Below are positions 56,388 to 64,000 of a stretch of DNA of 64,000 nt, one piece after another. Each line of letters opens with the position of its first letter. The stretch's first letter is position 1. Under the pieces are notes generated by a model. The model did not search any database. It saw only the letters and a list, made by a program, of their open reading frames with translations, and had not been told where the DNA came from. A program made the translations under genes and the position numbers. Where the stretch lies: sequence record NC_054913.1, one strand, 5' to 3'. This stretch comes from Escherichia phage F2.

Positions 56388-58205
56388 ATGATTAAAAATG
56401 AAATTAAGGTATTGTCAGATGTAGAACATATTAAGAAACGAAGTGGCATGTATATTGGTTCTTCGGCCAAAGAAGCCCACGAGCGTTTTTTGTTTGGTAA
56501 ATATCAACAAGTTGAATATGTTCCTGGTCTGGTTAAATTAATCGATGAGATTATTGACAACTCGGTTGATGAAGCTATTCGTACATCATTTAAGTTTGCA
56601 AATAAAATTGATGTGCAAATTAAAAATAATCAAGTCTCAGTAGAAGATAACGGACGTGGTATTCCTCAAGGTTTAGTTACCGACCAAACAGGTGAACAAA
56701 TTCCTGGGCCTGTAGCAGCCTGGACTATTCCAAAGGCCGGCGGTAACTTTGGTGATGACTCTGAACGTAAGACCGGTGGTATGAACGGCGTCGGGAGTAG
56801 TTTAACTAATATCTTCTCTACGTTGTTTACAGGCATCACGTCAGATGGCGAAAATGAAATCACTGTTAACTGTTCAAACGGAATGGAAAACAAATCATGG
56901 TCTTCTAAGAAATCTAAAGGTAAAGGCACTAAAGTAATCTTCACTCCCGATTTCTCTTCATTTGAAGAGCATAATTTATCTCAAATTTATTTAGATATTA
57001 CTTTAGACCGACTTCAAACATTGGCAGTCGTTTATCCTGATATCAAGTTCACATTTAATGGTAAAAAGGTTGATGGTAATTTTAAACGATTTGCTAAACA
57101 ATTTGGTGAAGATAACATCATTCAAGAAAATGATAAAGTCTCTATAGCATTCACAACATCACCAGACGGCTTCCGTCATTTAACTTATGTGAATAACATT
57201 CATACTAAAAATGGTGGTCATCATGTTGAATGTGTAATGGATGATATCTGCGAACATCTTTTGCCCGGCATTAAAAAGAAATATAAGGGTATTGAAGTCA
57301 CTAAAGCTCGTGTTAAAGAATGTCTCACAATGTTGATGTTTATTAGAGACATGAGCAACATGCGTTTTGATTCTCAGACTAAAGAACGTTTAACGTCAAC
57401 GTATGGTGATATTCGTAATCATATCCAATTAGATGCTAAGAAAATTGCTCAGGCACTTCTTAAAAATGAAGCTTTGATTATGCCTATTGTTGAAGCAGCA
57501 TTAGCTCGTAAATTGGCAGCAGAAAAGGCTGCAGAAACTAAAGCAGCTAAAAAGGCAACTAAAGCTAAGGTTCATAAGCATATTAAAGCTAACCAATGTG
57601 GTAAAGATGCGGATACGACATTGTTTTTAACAGAAGGTGATTCGGCAATTGGTTATCTCATTGATGTTCGTGACCGTGAACTACACGGCGGATTCCCATT
57701 ACGTGGTAAGGTGATGAATAGCTGGGGTATGTCATATGCTGATATGATGAAGAACAAAGAGCTCTTTGATATCTGTGCTATCACAGGTCTTATTCTTGGT
57801 GAAAAGGCAGAGAATACAAACTATCGTAATATTGCAATTATGACTGATGCCGATCATGATGGTCTTGGAAGTATTTATCCGGCTTTGCTTGCTTTCTTTA
57901 GTAATTGGCCTGAATTGTTTGAACAAGGACGTATTCGCTTTGTTAAAACGCCTGTAATTATTGCACAAATTGGCAAAACACAAAAATGGTTTTATACTGT
58001 AGCTGAGTATGAAGAAGCTAAAGATACACTTCCTAAGCATAGTATTCGATACATCAAGGGATTGGGCTCCCTTGAAAAGTCAGAATATCGTGAAATGATT
58101 CAGAACCCTGTGTACGACGTAGTTAAACTTCCTGAAAATTGGAAAGAACTCTTTGAAATGTTGTTGGGTGATGATTCAGAACTTCGTAAAGAATGGATGT
58201 CCTAA
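56388..58205 (+). CDS. 39: DNA topoisomerase II large subunit (GyrB-like; gp39 and gp60 equivalents in one ORF)
   Basis: GHKL ATPase motifs, TOPRIM region; 605 aa uninterrupted. Confidence 0.9.
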   Translation: MIKNEIKVLSDVEHIKKRSGMYIGSSAKEAHERFLFGKYQQVEYVPGLVKLIDEIIDNSVDEAIRTSFKFANKIDVQIKNNQVSVEDNGRGIPQGLVTDQTGEQIPGPVAAWTIPKAGGNFGDDSERKTGGMNGVGSSLTNIFSTLFTGITSDGENEITVNCSNGMENKSWSSKKSKGKGTKVIFTPDFSSFEEHNLSQIYLDITLDRLQTLAVVYPDIKFTFNGKKVDGNFKRFAKQFGEDNIIQENDKVSIAFTTSPDGFRHLTYVNNIHTKNGGHHVECVMDDICEHLLPGIKKKYKGIEVTKARVKECLTMLMFIRDMSNMRFDSQTKERLTSTYGDIRNHIQLDAKKIAQALLKNEALIMPIVEAALARKLAAEKAAETKAAKKATKAKVHKHIKANQCGKDADTTLFLTEGDSAIGYLIDVRDRELHGGFPLRGKVMNSWGMSYADMMKNKELFDICAITGLILGEKAENTNYRNIAIMTDADHDGLGSIYPALLAFFSNWPELFEQGRIRFVKTPVIIAQIGKTQKWFYTVAEYEEAKDTLPKHSIRYIKGLGSLEKSEYREMIQNPVYDVVKLPENWKELFEMLLGDDSELRKEWMS

Positions 58206-58226
58206 GCTCCTTCGGGAGCTTCATTT
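58206..58226 (+). terminator. terminator hairpin (UUCG tetraloop)
   Basis: agctccttcgggagct + T-rich. Confidence 0.55.
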
Positions 58227-58247
58227 TAATTTTAATAAGGCTTAATT

Positions 58248-59348
58248 ATGAAAGTTATGTTTATCCCATCTCGTGCAGTCCCGTTTAATCCTGACCGTGT
58301 ACAAGGTGGCCTTGAAGCAGTACATTTAAATGTGTTGAAATATCTTGTGTCCATCGGCGCTGATATTGATTATATCGGCTTTGATAATGACACGTTTGGT
58401 GATTGGAAAGTTACACACCATCCTGTTGGTCATCTGACTAAATTCAGTCTAGGTATGAGTTATACTATGGCTCGTAAGATTGTTGAACTAGCCGGCATCC
58501 ATGAATACGATTTTGTTGTTACTATGGAACCGACTAAACTAACCGTTCAGGCAATTAAAGACGCAGGTCTCTCTAAAGTTCATAAGAATTTTATGGCAAC
58601 ACCATTTGAACCGGTATCTCGTGGCATTGTTCAAATTTGGGACCAGACTATTCAAATTCATAAGAATGGTGGTAAGAGTTATGCTCCTACTAAAGCCTTC
58701 CGTGAATTTGAACGCAAATATTGTTATATGACTTCAGGTCTGACTGACAAAATTGATTATGATTATTGGCGAGCAAATCCGTTGTTTGAAGCCGAAGATT
58801 ATCCGGTTATTTGTTTGAATGAGAAACCTGAAGTTCTTCCGGCGACTGATCTGATTATTAGTGCACAACGTTATGACACTAAAATGCGTCGCACTGATGT
58901 TGCTCTTGAAGCAATTAAAGCACTAGGCGAAAATGGTGTAGGATACTGTCCAAGCAAATGGGCACCACCAGCTAAATATCCTGTTATTATTGATGCTCCA
59001 CACAGTGAAATCATGGAACGTCTTAAAACAGCTAAAGCACTTATTAATACTTGTCCTGACACAGGTACAGTAGAGAATAGTTCTATTGAAGCCATCTCTA
59101 AAGGTGTCCCTGTAATCCAGTTAGTTTTTAAGGATTATCCTCATGCGACATTTGAATACGACCCAGATACTGTGCGTGTAGAAATTGATTCCTCTACTCC
59201 TAAGAAAGAAGTAGTTGCGCTTTACACAAAAGCTGTATTAGAATTCACTGATACATACGAAGCTCGAGTTAAACGTGCTGAAGCAGTATGGAAGAAGTAT
59301 AACCGAGATGCAGTTGTTGCGATGTGGGATAAAATCTTCACAGCGTAA
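58248..59348 (+). CDS. putative GT-B-fold glycosyltransferase (candidate hmC sugar transferase)
   Basis: N-terminal GT4-like pattern PDRVQGGLEAVHLNVLKYL; 366 aa; located between 39 and rIIA. Confidence 0.55.
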   Translation: MKVMFIPSRAVPFNPDRVQGGLEAVHLNVLKYLVSIGADIDYIGFDNDTFGDWKVTHHPVGHLTKFSLGMSYTMARKIVELAGIHEYDFVVTMEPTKLTVQAIKDAGLSKVHKNFMATPFEPVSRGIVQIWDQTIQIHKNGGKSYAPTKAFREFERKYCYMTSGLTDKIDYDYWRANPLFEAEDYPVICLNEKPEVLPATDLIISAQRYDTKMRRTDVALEAIKALGENGVGYCPSKWAPPAKYPVIIDAPHSEIMERLKTAKALINTCPDTGTVENSSIEAISKGVPVIQLVFKDYPHATFEYDPDTVRVEIDSSTPKKEVVALYTKAVLEFTDTYEARVKRAEAVWKKYNRDAVVAMWDKIFTA

Positions 59349-59440
59349 ATCCTGAATAGCCTGAGGCACTATTACACATAAGATGATAGATTATATGGTC
59401 TTTAGTAATAGTGCCCTAGGAATCTACTGAAGAGAATATT

Positions 59441-59641
59441 ATGAGAACATATAACGTGGACTTGGAACTTTTTGATAAAGCTGTGCTCCGGGAATTCCGG
59501 CTTATCCAAAGATTTTTTGATATCGAATCAGCTGAAGCCTTTAAAGAACGCTTTAAGGAAATTCGATATAAAATACAAACCGATACAGCTACTAAAGAAG
59601 AACTTCTTGAAGTAGCAGAAATTTTTAAACGTAACTTGTGA
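59441..59641 (+). CDS. hypothetical protein
   Basis: 66-aa ORF with GAAGAGAA RBS. Confidence 0.45.
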   Translation: MRTYNVDLELFDKAVLREFRLIQRFFDIESAEAFKERFKEIRYKIQTDTATKEELLEVAEIFKRNL

Positions 59642-59653
59642 TGAGAGAAAAAT

Positions 59654-61867
59654 ATGATTATTGAAACGGCTAAAGAAACGATTATTGGTTCAGGTGGTAA
59701 GAGCACAGCATTTACTATTCAAGGCAATAGCAAAGTTTATAAGATTTTGTCTAATGACCTTTATACAAACAAAGAATTGGCTTGTGTACGTGAATTAATC
59801 ACAAACTGTATCGATGGTCAAATTCTTAATGGTTGCACTGATAAGTTTATTGTTCAGGCTCCAGGTCGTTTAGACCCACGTTTTGTAGTTCGAGACTTTG
59901 GTCCTGGTATGAGTGATTTCACCATTCGAGGTAATGACGAAGAGCCAGGAATCTATAACTCATATTTCGCTTCAACTAAAACATCGAGTAACGATTTCAT
60001 TGGTGGATTCGGACTCGGCTCTAAAGCTCCACTAGCGTATACCGATACGTTTAACCTTACGTCTTATCACAACGGTGAAGTTCGTGGTTATGTAATTTAT
60101 CAAGATGACAGTGGTCCACAGATTAAGCCGACCTTCGTAGATAAGATGGGCCCTGATGACCGGACCGGCGTTGAAGTAGTTGTGCCTGTTAACCCAGAAG
60201 ATTTTGAAAAGTTCGCATCCGAAATTGCTTATGTTATGCGTCCTCTCGGCGATATTGCAGAAGTTCGTGGTGTTAAAGATATCAAATACTTCCCGGAATT
60301 CGATGATGTATATTTGGCCAAGGAAGCTCCATGGGGTGAACGTGGTAATATCATGGCTGTTTATGGTGGTATTGTATATCCAATCGGAAGTGTTATTAAA
60401 GAACAAACATGGATGATGACGCGATGCACTACAGCTTATATTAAATTCCCTATGGGTGAACTAGATGTAGCCCCGTCTCGTGAAGCATTGTCATTTGATA
60501 AACGTACAGTAGCAAATATCCATAAACGTGTTGCAGAAATCGATGCAAAATTATTTGCTGAAGACTCTAAGAAATGGATTGATTGTGAATATCCACGTCA
60601 TGTATTCCGTGAAATCGATTCTCTTGGTTACTCTGCTCGTAGATACATGGAAAAAGCCGGTTCTAATATTGAATCACTGAAATATTCTAAAGAACAGCTA
60701 ACTTATTCTGAGTTGTACAAACGTTTTAAAATGGGTCCTGAATGGTGCAACCTTGGTGTTGTATACGATATCGTTTCAGATCCACGACTTCGTCGTATTC
60801 GTGAAAGCGGAAGCTCGTCTTCAACTATTTCAATTAATAGCCTGCTAGGTATTAGTCGTAAGCATATTGATATTGTTATTGACGATGTGAAAGGCCGCGT
60901 ACCAATGATGCGTGCTCTGAACGATGCTTTGACTTCCACCGATGCATCAACACTCGTTGATAAGGTTCCTTCCGGATGGGGTAGTAGCGTATTATTCGTT
61001 AATCCGGAAGATGAAGTTGCAATGAAACTTCTAGAACGATTAAAGGTTATTTTCGCTGGTGATAGCCTTAAATTTTATAAGACCTCTGAAATTCTTGCAT
61101 TAGTTAAACCGTGGATTGAAGTTAAAGAACGTTCATCACAGCCTCGTCCTAAATCACCGAGTGCTCATCGGTTCTTTAAGAATGAAAACGATGTTTGGGT
61201 ATCAGAAGATCTCTTTATTCCGGCCGGTAAAGCTGATGAGATTCAAGGTTATGTTGTAATTCGTAATCGTTCTAACGCTGAATGTCTTGACGCAGATAAA
61301 GGTTGGTTGAACTATGATTCTAGTTTCTTGACTCGTATTGCCGATTTATCAGGTATTAAAGAGTTCACTGTAGTCCGTCCACAGATTGCTAAGAAAGTTC
61401 GTAAACTTGGTGAAGTAGAATGCTTGTTCGAAAAATCAATTAATGACTATATTACGCTAATTGATAAAGTGGATTATGATGAGTATGTATCGCCAAGTCG
61501 TAGAGCACAGCCTTATTTGAATCATATTACTCGTAATGAAGAGCTTAACTTCCTTAGTAAGTATTTTAGCTCTAAGAACAAAGAAATCAGTAAAGATTTT
61601 GCAAAACTTTCAACAGTAAATAATCGTTGGGGATGGAATCGATTCGCAGGTGCTGATAATAGAGACCTGAACAGGAAGTTAGAATTGTGTGCTAAAATTT
61701 TCGATAAGCTTAAAGATAATGCTTACGATAATGATGATAAAATGGTTATTGAATTTGAAACCAATTATCATATTGTGTCAGAATACATGGGACGACGTGG
61801 TACTCTTTCTAAAGAACAGGTCGCTCAAATCGTTAAATTCATGAAGGCCGTGGAAGCGGCCAAATAA
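59654..61867 (+). CDS. rIIA: rIIA protein
   Basis: 737 aa; N-terminal region RELITNCID resembles T4 rIIA; gene order 39-rIIA-rIIB. Confidence 0.8.
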   Translation: MIIETAKETIIGSGGKSTAFTIQGNSKVYKILSNDLYTNKELACVRELITNCIDGQILNGCTDKFIVQAPGRLDPRFVVRDFGPGMSDFTIRGNDEEPGIYNSYFASTKTSSNDFIGGFGLGSKAPLAYTDTFNLTSYHNGEVRGYVIYQDDSGPQIKPTFVDKMGPDDRTGVEVVVPVNPEDFEKFASEIAYVMRPLGDIAEVRGVKDIKYFPEFDDVYLAKEAPWGERGNIMAVYGGIVYPIGSVIKEQTWMMTRCTTAYIKFPMGELDVAPSREALSFDKRTVANIHKRVAEIDAKLFAEDSKKWIDCEYPRHVFREIDSLGYSARRYMEKAGSNIESLKYSKEQLTYSELYKRFKMGPEWCNLGVVYDIVSDPRLRRIRESGSSSSTISINSLLGISRKHIDIVIDDVKGRVPMMRALNDALTSTDASTLVDKVPSGWGSSVLFVNPEDEVAMKLLERLKVIFAGDSLKFYKTSEILALVKPWIEVKERSSQPRPKSPSAHRFFKNENDVWVSEDLFIPAGKADEIQGYVVIRNRSNAECLDADKGWLNYDSSFLTRIADLSGIKEFTVVRPQIAKKVRKLGEVECLFEKSINDYITLIDKVDYDEYVSPSRRAQPYLNHITRNEELNFLSKYFSSKNKEISKDFAKLSTVNNRWGWNRFAGADNRDLNRKLELCAKIFDKLKDNAYDNDDKMVIEFETNYHIVSEYMGRRGTLSKEQVAQIVKFMKAVEAAK

Positions 61868-61876
61868 GGAAACATT

Positions 61877-62812
61877 ATGTACAATATCAAATGCTTGTCC
61901 CAAGAAGAACAGTTAGAAGCTTACGACCTGGTCAAATCAGGCAAATGGACCCGTAAAGAAATTGCCGATTACTTTGACATTTCAACAGATACTCTTCGTA
62001 AGATTGTTAAGAATTTTAAAGCTGAAGAGAAAGCAGCTGAATTTGAAGACGAAGAACAGGTCCCAGAAAATAATGAACCTATTATTACAGGTCATCGTCC
62101 AGAAATCGTATGGAACGCGTCATCTAAATTTATTTCAATCATTGAAGGACGCGTAGCATACAATGCGACCCCATCAAGTCATGCAAATTTTGAAGAAATT
62201 AAAGCCAATTTGGTCGCAGGAAACCTTAGTAAAGCTGTCGAACTTATTAACATCAAGAAAGCTATTACTAAGTTTGTTGACGGTAATGTTACTATTGAAG
62301 GTGGTAGTTTATTTTATCAAGGTATAGAGATTCGTTCAGGGCTGGTTAACCGTATTATTGATTCCATGGAAAAAGGCGAAGACTTTAAATTCTATCTGCC
62401 GTTCCTTGAAAACCTGTTAGAAAACCCAAGCGAAAAAGCTGTACAACGTTTATTCGACTTCTTGGTTGCAAACGATATTGAAATCACTGAAGACGGACAT
62501 TTCTATGCGTGGAAAGTAGTTCGTAAAGACTATTTAGATTGCTATAGCGGCACATTTGATAACTCGCCTGGTAAAGTTGTTTCAATGCCTCGTACTCGTG
62601 TTAACGATGATGATACTCAAACCTGCTCTCGTGGTCTACATGTTTGTGCTAAATCATATATTCGTTACTTTGGTTCTAGCTCAGATAAAGTTGTTAAGGT
62701 TAAAGTTCATCCACGTGATGTTGTGTCCATCCCAGTTGACTATGGCGATGCTAAGATGCGTACTTGTCGTTATGAAGTAATTTCAGACGTTACTGAATTA
62801 TTTGCAGAATAA
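61877..62812 (+). CDS. rIIB: rIIB protein
   Basis: 311 aa, MYNIKCL N-terminus, follows rIIA. Confidence 0.8.
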   Translation: MYNIKCLSQEEQLEAYDLVKSGKWTRKEIADYFDISTDTLRKIVKNFKAEEKAAEFEDEEQVPENNEPIITGHRPEIVWNASSKFISIIEGRVAYNATPSSHANFEEIKANLVAGNLSKAVELINIKKAITKFVDGNVTIEGGSLFYQGIEIRSGLVNRIIDSMEKGEDFKFYLPFLENLLENPSEKAVQRLFDFLVANDIEITEDGHFYAWKVVRKDYLDCYSGTFDNSPGKVVSMPRTRVNDDDTQTCSRGLHVCAKSYIRYFGSSSDKVVKVKVHPRDVVSIPVDYGDAKMRTCRYEVISDVTELFAE

Positions 62813-62816
62813 TAAT

Positions 62817-62838
62817 TGGGGACTTCGGTCCCCTTTTT
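62817..62838 (+). terminator. rho-independent terminator (UUCG tetraloop)
   Basis: ggggacttcggtcccc + tttttt. Confidence 0.7.
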
Positions 62839-62853
62839 TCTTTAGGGGTAATT

Positions 62854-63141
62854 ATGATTCATCCATTTGACGTATCAGAATCCAAAATTGCTAATCTTCG
62901 TGGTCATCATAAGTGTAAATCAGTTTATTGTGCTAAATTGGTAAAACATCCTGGCGATGCACACTATGGTTGGTTAGAATGCGACGAAGTTGTTATTGAA
63001 ATCCCACCGGTAGATGCAGAATATCTTGAAGAAGGTGACCGCATTTATTTTGGCGAACTACACATCAGAGGTATCTATGGTAAAGACGAACTTGGGACTG
63101 TTGAGACTGAAGAATCTTCCGACATTTATCCTGTCGAATGA
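62854..63141 (+). CDS. hypothetical protein
   Basis: 95-aa ORF. Confidence 0.5.
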   Translation: MIHPFDVSESKIANLRGHHKCKSVYCAKLVKHPGDAHYGWLECDEVVIEIPPVDAEYLEEGDRIYFGELHIRGIYGKDELGTVETEESSDIYPVE

Positions 63142-63157
63142 GTTTTTGACTAGTGAA

Positions 63158-63634
63158 ATGAAGGTGAAGATTGCTGACACTGCTCGGTACTCGTTGAAAC
63201 AAGATCCAGGCCAAAACAAAGAAGATGTAGTTCGACGTTGTAAGGTTGCGGTCTTTGCAGAGTATGTAGTAGCAAATTGGTTAGACGGATATGTTAATAA
63301 AGGTATTGAAGACGTAGAAGACCCGTACACGTATGCATGGGACGTGTTAGCCCATCCCAAGTATTGTGGAATTCGTGTAGAAGTCAAGACACACCAGATA
63401 GATTCTAAATGGATTTCGGTTACCACAGGATACAGTGGTGATTATCCGGGTGGTAATGGAATCAATATAGGGCCCTTCTTGAACCATCGAGTCGCAGATT
63501 GCATTATTATATTAGATGTCAAAGAAACCTCACCTGACGTCTTCTCCTATTCTATAAAGTTCGTGGGAGACCATGAAGACCTAAAGAAAATCGTCCGCAA
63601 GAGCAACTACAACGGGTGGTATCTTCATCTTTAA
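63158..63634 (+). CDS. hypothetical protein (possible PD-(D/E)xK-like nuclease; start uncertain)
   Basis: D...VEVK pattern; track ORF 63014..63634 begins at an alternative codon and overlaps the upstream gene. Confidence 0.4.
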   Translation: MKVKIADTARYSLKQDPGQNKEDVVRRCKVAVFAEYVVANWLDGYVNKGIEDVEDPYTYAWDVLAHPKYCGIRVEVKTHQIDSKWISVTTGYSGDYPGGNGINIGPFLNHRVADCIIILDVKETSPDVFSYSIKFVGDHEDLKKIVRKSNYNGWYLHL

Positions 63635-63646
63635 TTTCATAAAAGT

Positions 63647-63676
63647 GTTTACAACTAAGTAGGACTATGATATAGT
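63647..63676 (+). promoter_or_regulatory. T4-type early promoter
   Basis: gtttac 63647-63652, tatagt 63671-63676. Confidence 0.55.
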
Positions 63677-63702
63677 AGTCTTATCTAAAAGAGGATAACA
63701 TC

Positions 63703-63966
63703 ATGAAATTTAAATTTTTCTACGCAAAACATAAAGTAACAGGCGAATTTGTTTCAATGTACAACACTGCAGATGACGAAGGGATGATTTATACCCATTT
63801 AGGACTATCTCATTGGGACTCAGACGTGCCTTATATGTCATCTGAAGCAGAAATAACTCGTTTAGTTAATGGACATATGAATGACCATTTTAGTGTTATT
63901 CTTTCTAAAGACCTTAAAGATGTTATCAACAAAGGATATATGGAACTCGCGGAAGTTGAGATATGA
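63703..63966 (+). CDS. hypothetical protein
   Basis: ORF with AGAGGA RBS. Confidence 0.5.
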   Translation: MKFKFFYAKHKVTGEFVSMYNTADDEGMIYTHLGLSHWDSDVPYMSSEAEITRLVNGHMNDHFSVILSKDLKDVINKGYMELAEVEI

Positions 63967-64000
63967 GCTCTAAAATGTGGATCGGAATATGGTTGCTTAG

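Noticed and set aside
56388-58205. Split topoisomerase gene (39 / 60 with translational bypass element or mobA insertion) as in T4
   Set aside because: The ORF is continuous at 605 aa with no internal stop or insert; gp39 and gp60 equivalents are fused
1-64000. tRNA or other structured RNA genes
   Set aside because: No cloverleaf-like candidates were seen in the short intergenic regions, which are taken up by promoters and terminators; the T4 tRNA cluster would lie outside this block. Not exhaustively scanned without tools

Overview
This window is a T4-like (Tevenvirinae) myovirus early/middle gene block, almost entirely on the + strand and collinear with the T4 tk-to-rIIB region: tk, nrdC, gene 49, nrdD (split by a group I intron), nrdG, NrdH-like, 55, 47, 46, 45, 44, 62, regA, 43, 42, uvsX, 40, 41, sp, 61, 56, an ADP-ribosyltransferase, dda, dexA, 39 (single 605-aa ORF), rIIA and rIIB. 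The 903-aa gp43 matches, from memory, the RB69 DNA polymerase N-terminus (MKEFYLTVEQIGDSIFERY...), so this is RB69 or a close relative; no database search was run. The main finding is a sugar-nucleotide biosynthesis cassette between genes 43 and 42 (SIS sugar-phosphate isomerase, bifunctional sugar-1-P nucleotidyltransferase/kinase, HAD phosphatase, an unassigned Cys-rich 389-aa protein), with a 299-aa ORF of unknown function where T4 has beta-gt and a GT-B glycosyltransferase between gene 39 and rIIA, where nothing resembling T4 alpha-gt or beta-gt was recognised (judged from remembered T4 sequences, not a search). This fits a non-glucose hmC hypermodification pathway, as reported for arabinosyl-hmC in RB69-like phages. 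Other observations: four homing-endonuclease genes (one inside the nrdD intron, one on the - strand with zinc-finger repeats), a macro-domain protein, a Pol-beta-type nucleotidyltransferase, a P-loop ATPase, three tandem paralogs, inverted repeats around early promoters that could sequester ribosome-binding sites, and a NrdH-like ORF with no canonical start codon. Many T4-type early (GTTTAC-N17-TATAAT), middle (MotA-box TGCTTTA) and late (TATAAATA) promoters and UUCG-tetraloop terminators are visible. All product calls rest on motif recognition and gene order; coordinates of starts were adjusted to the first ATG with a plausible RBS where the ORF track began at an alternative codon.
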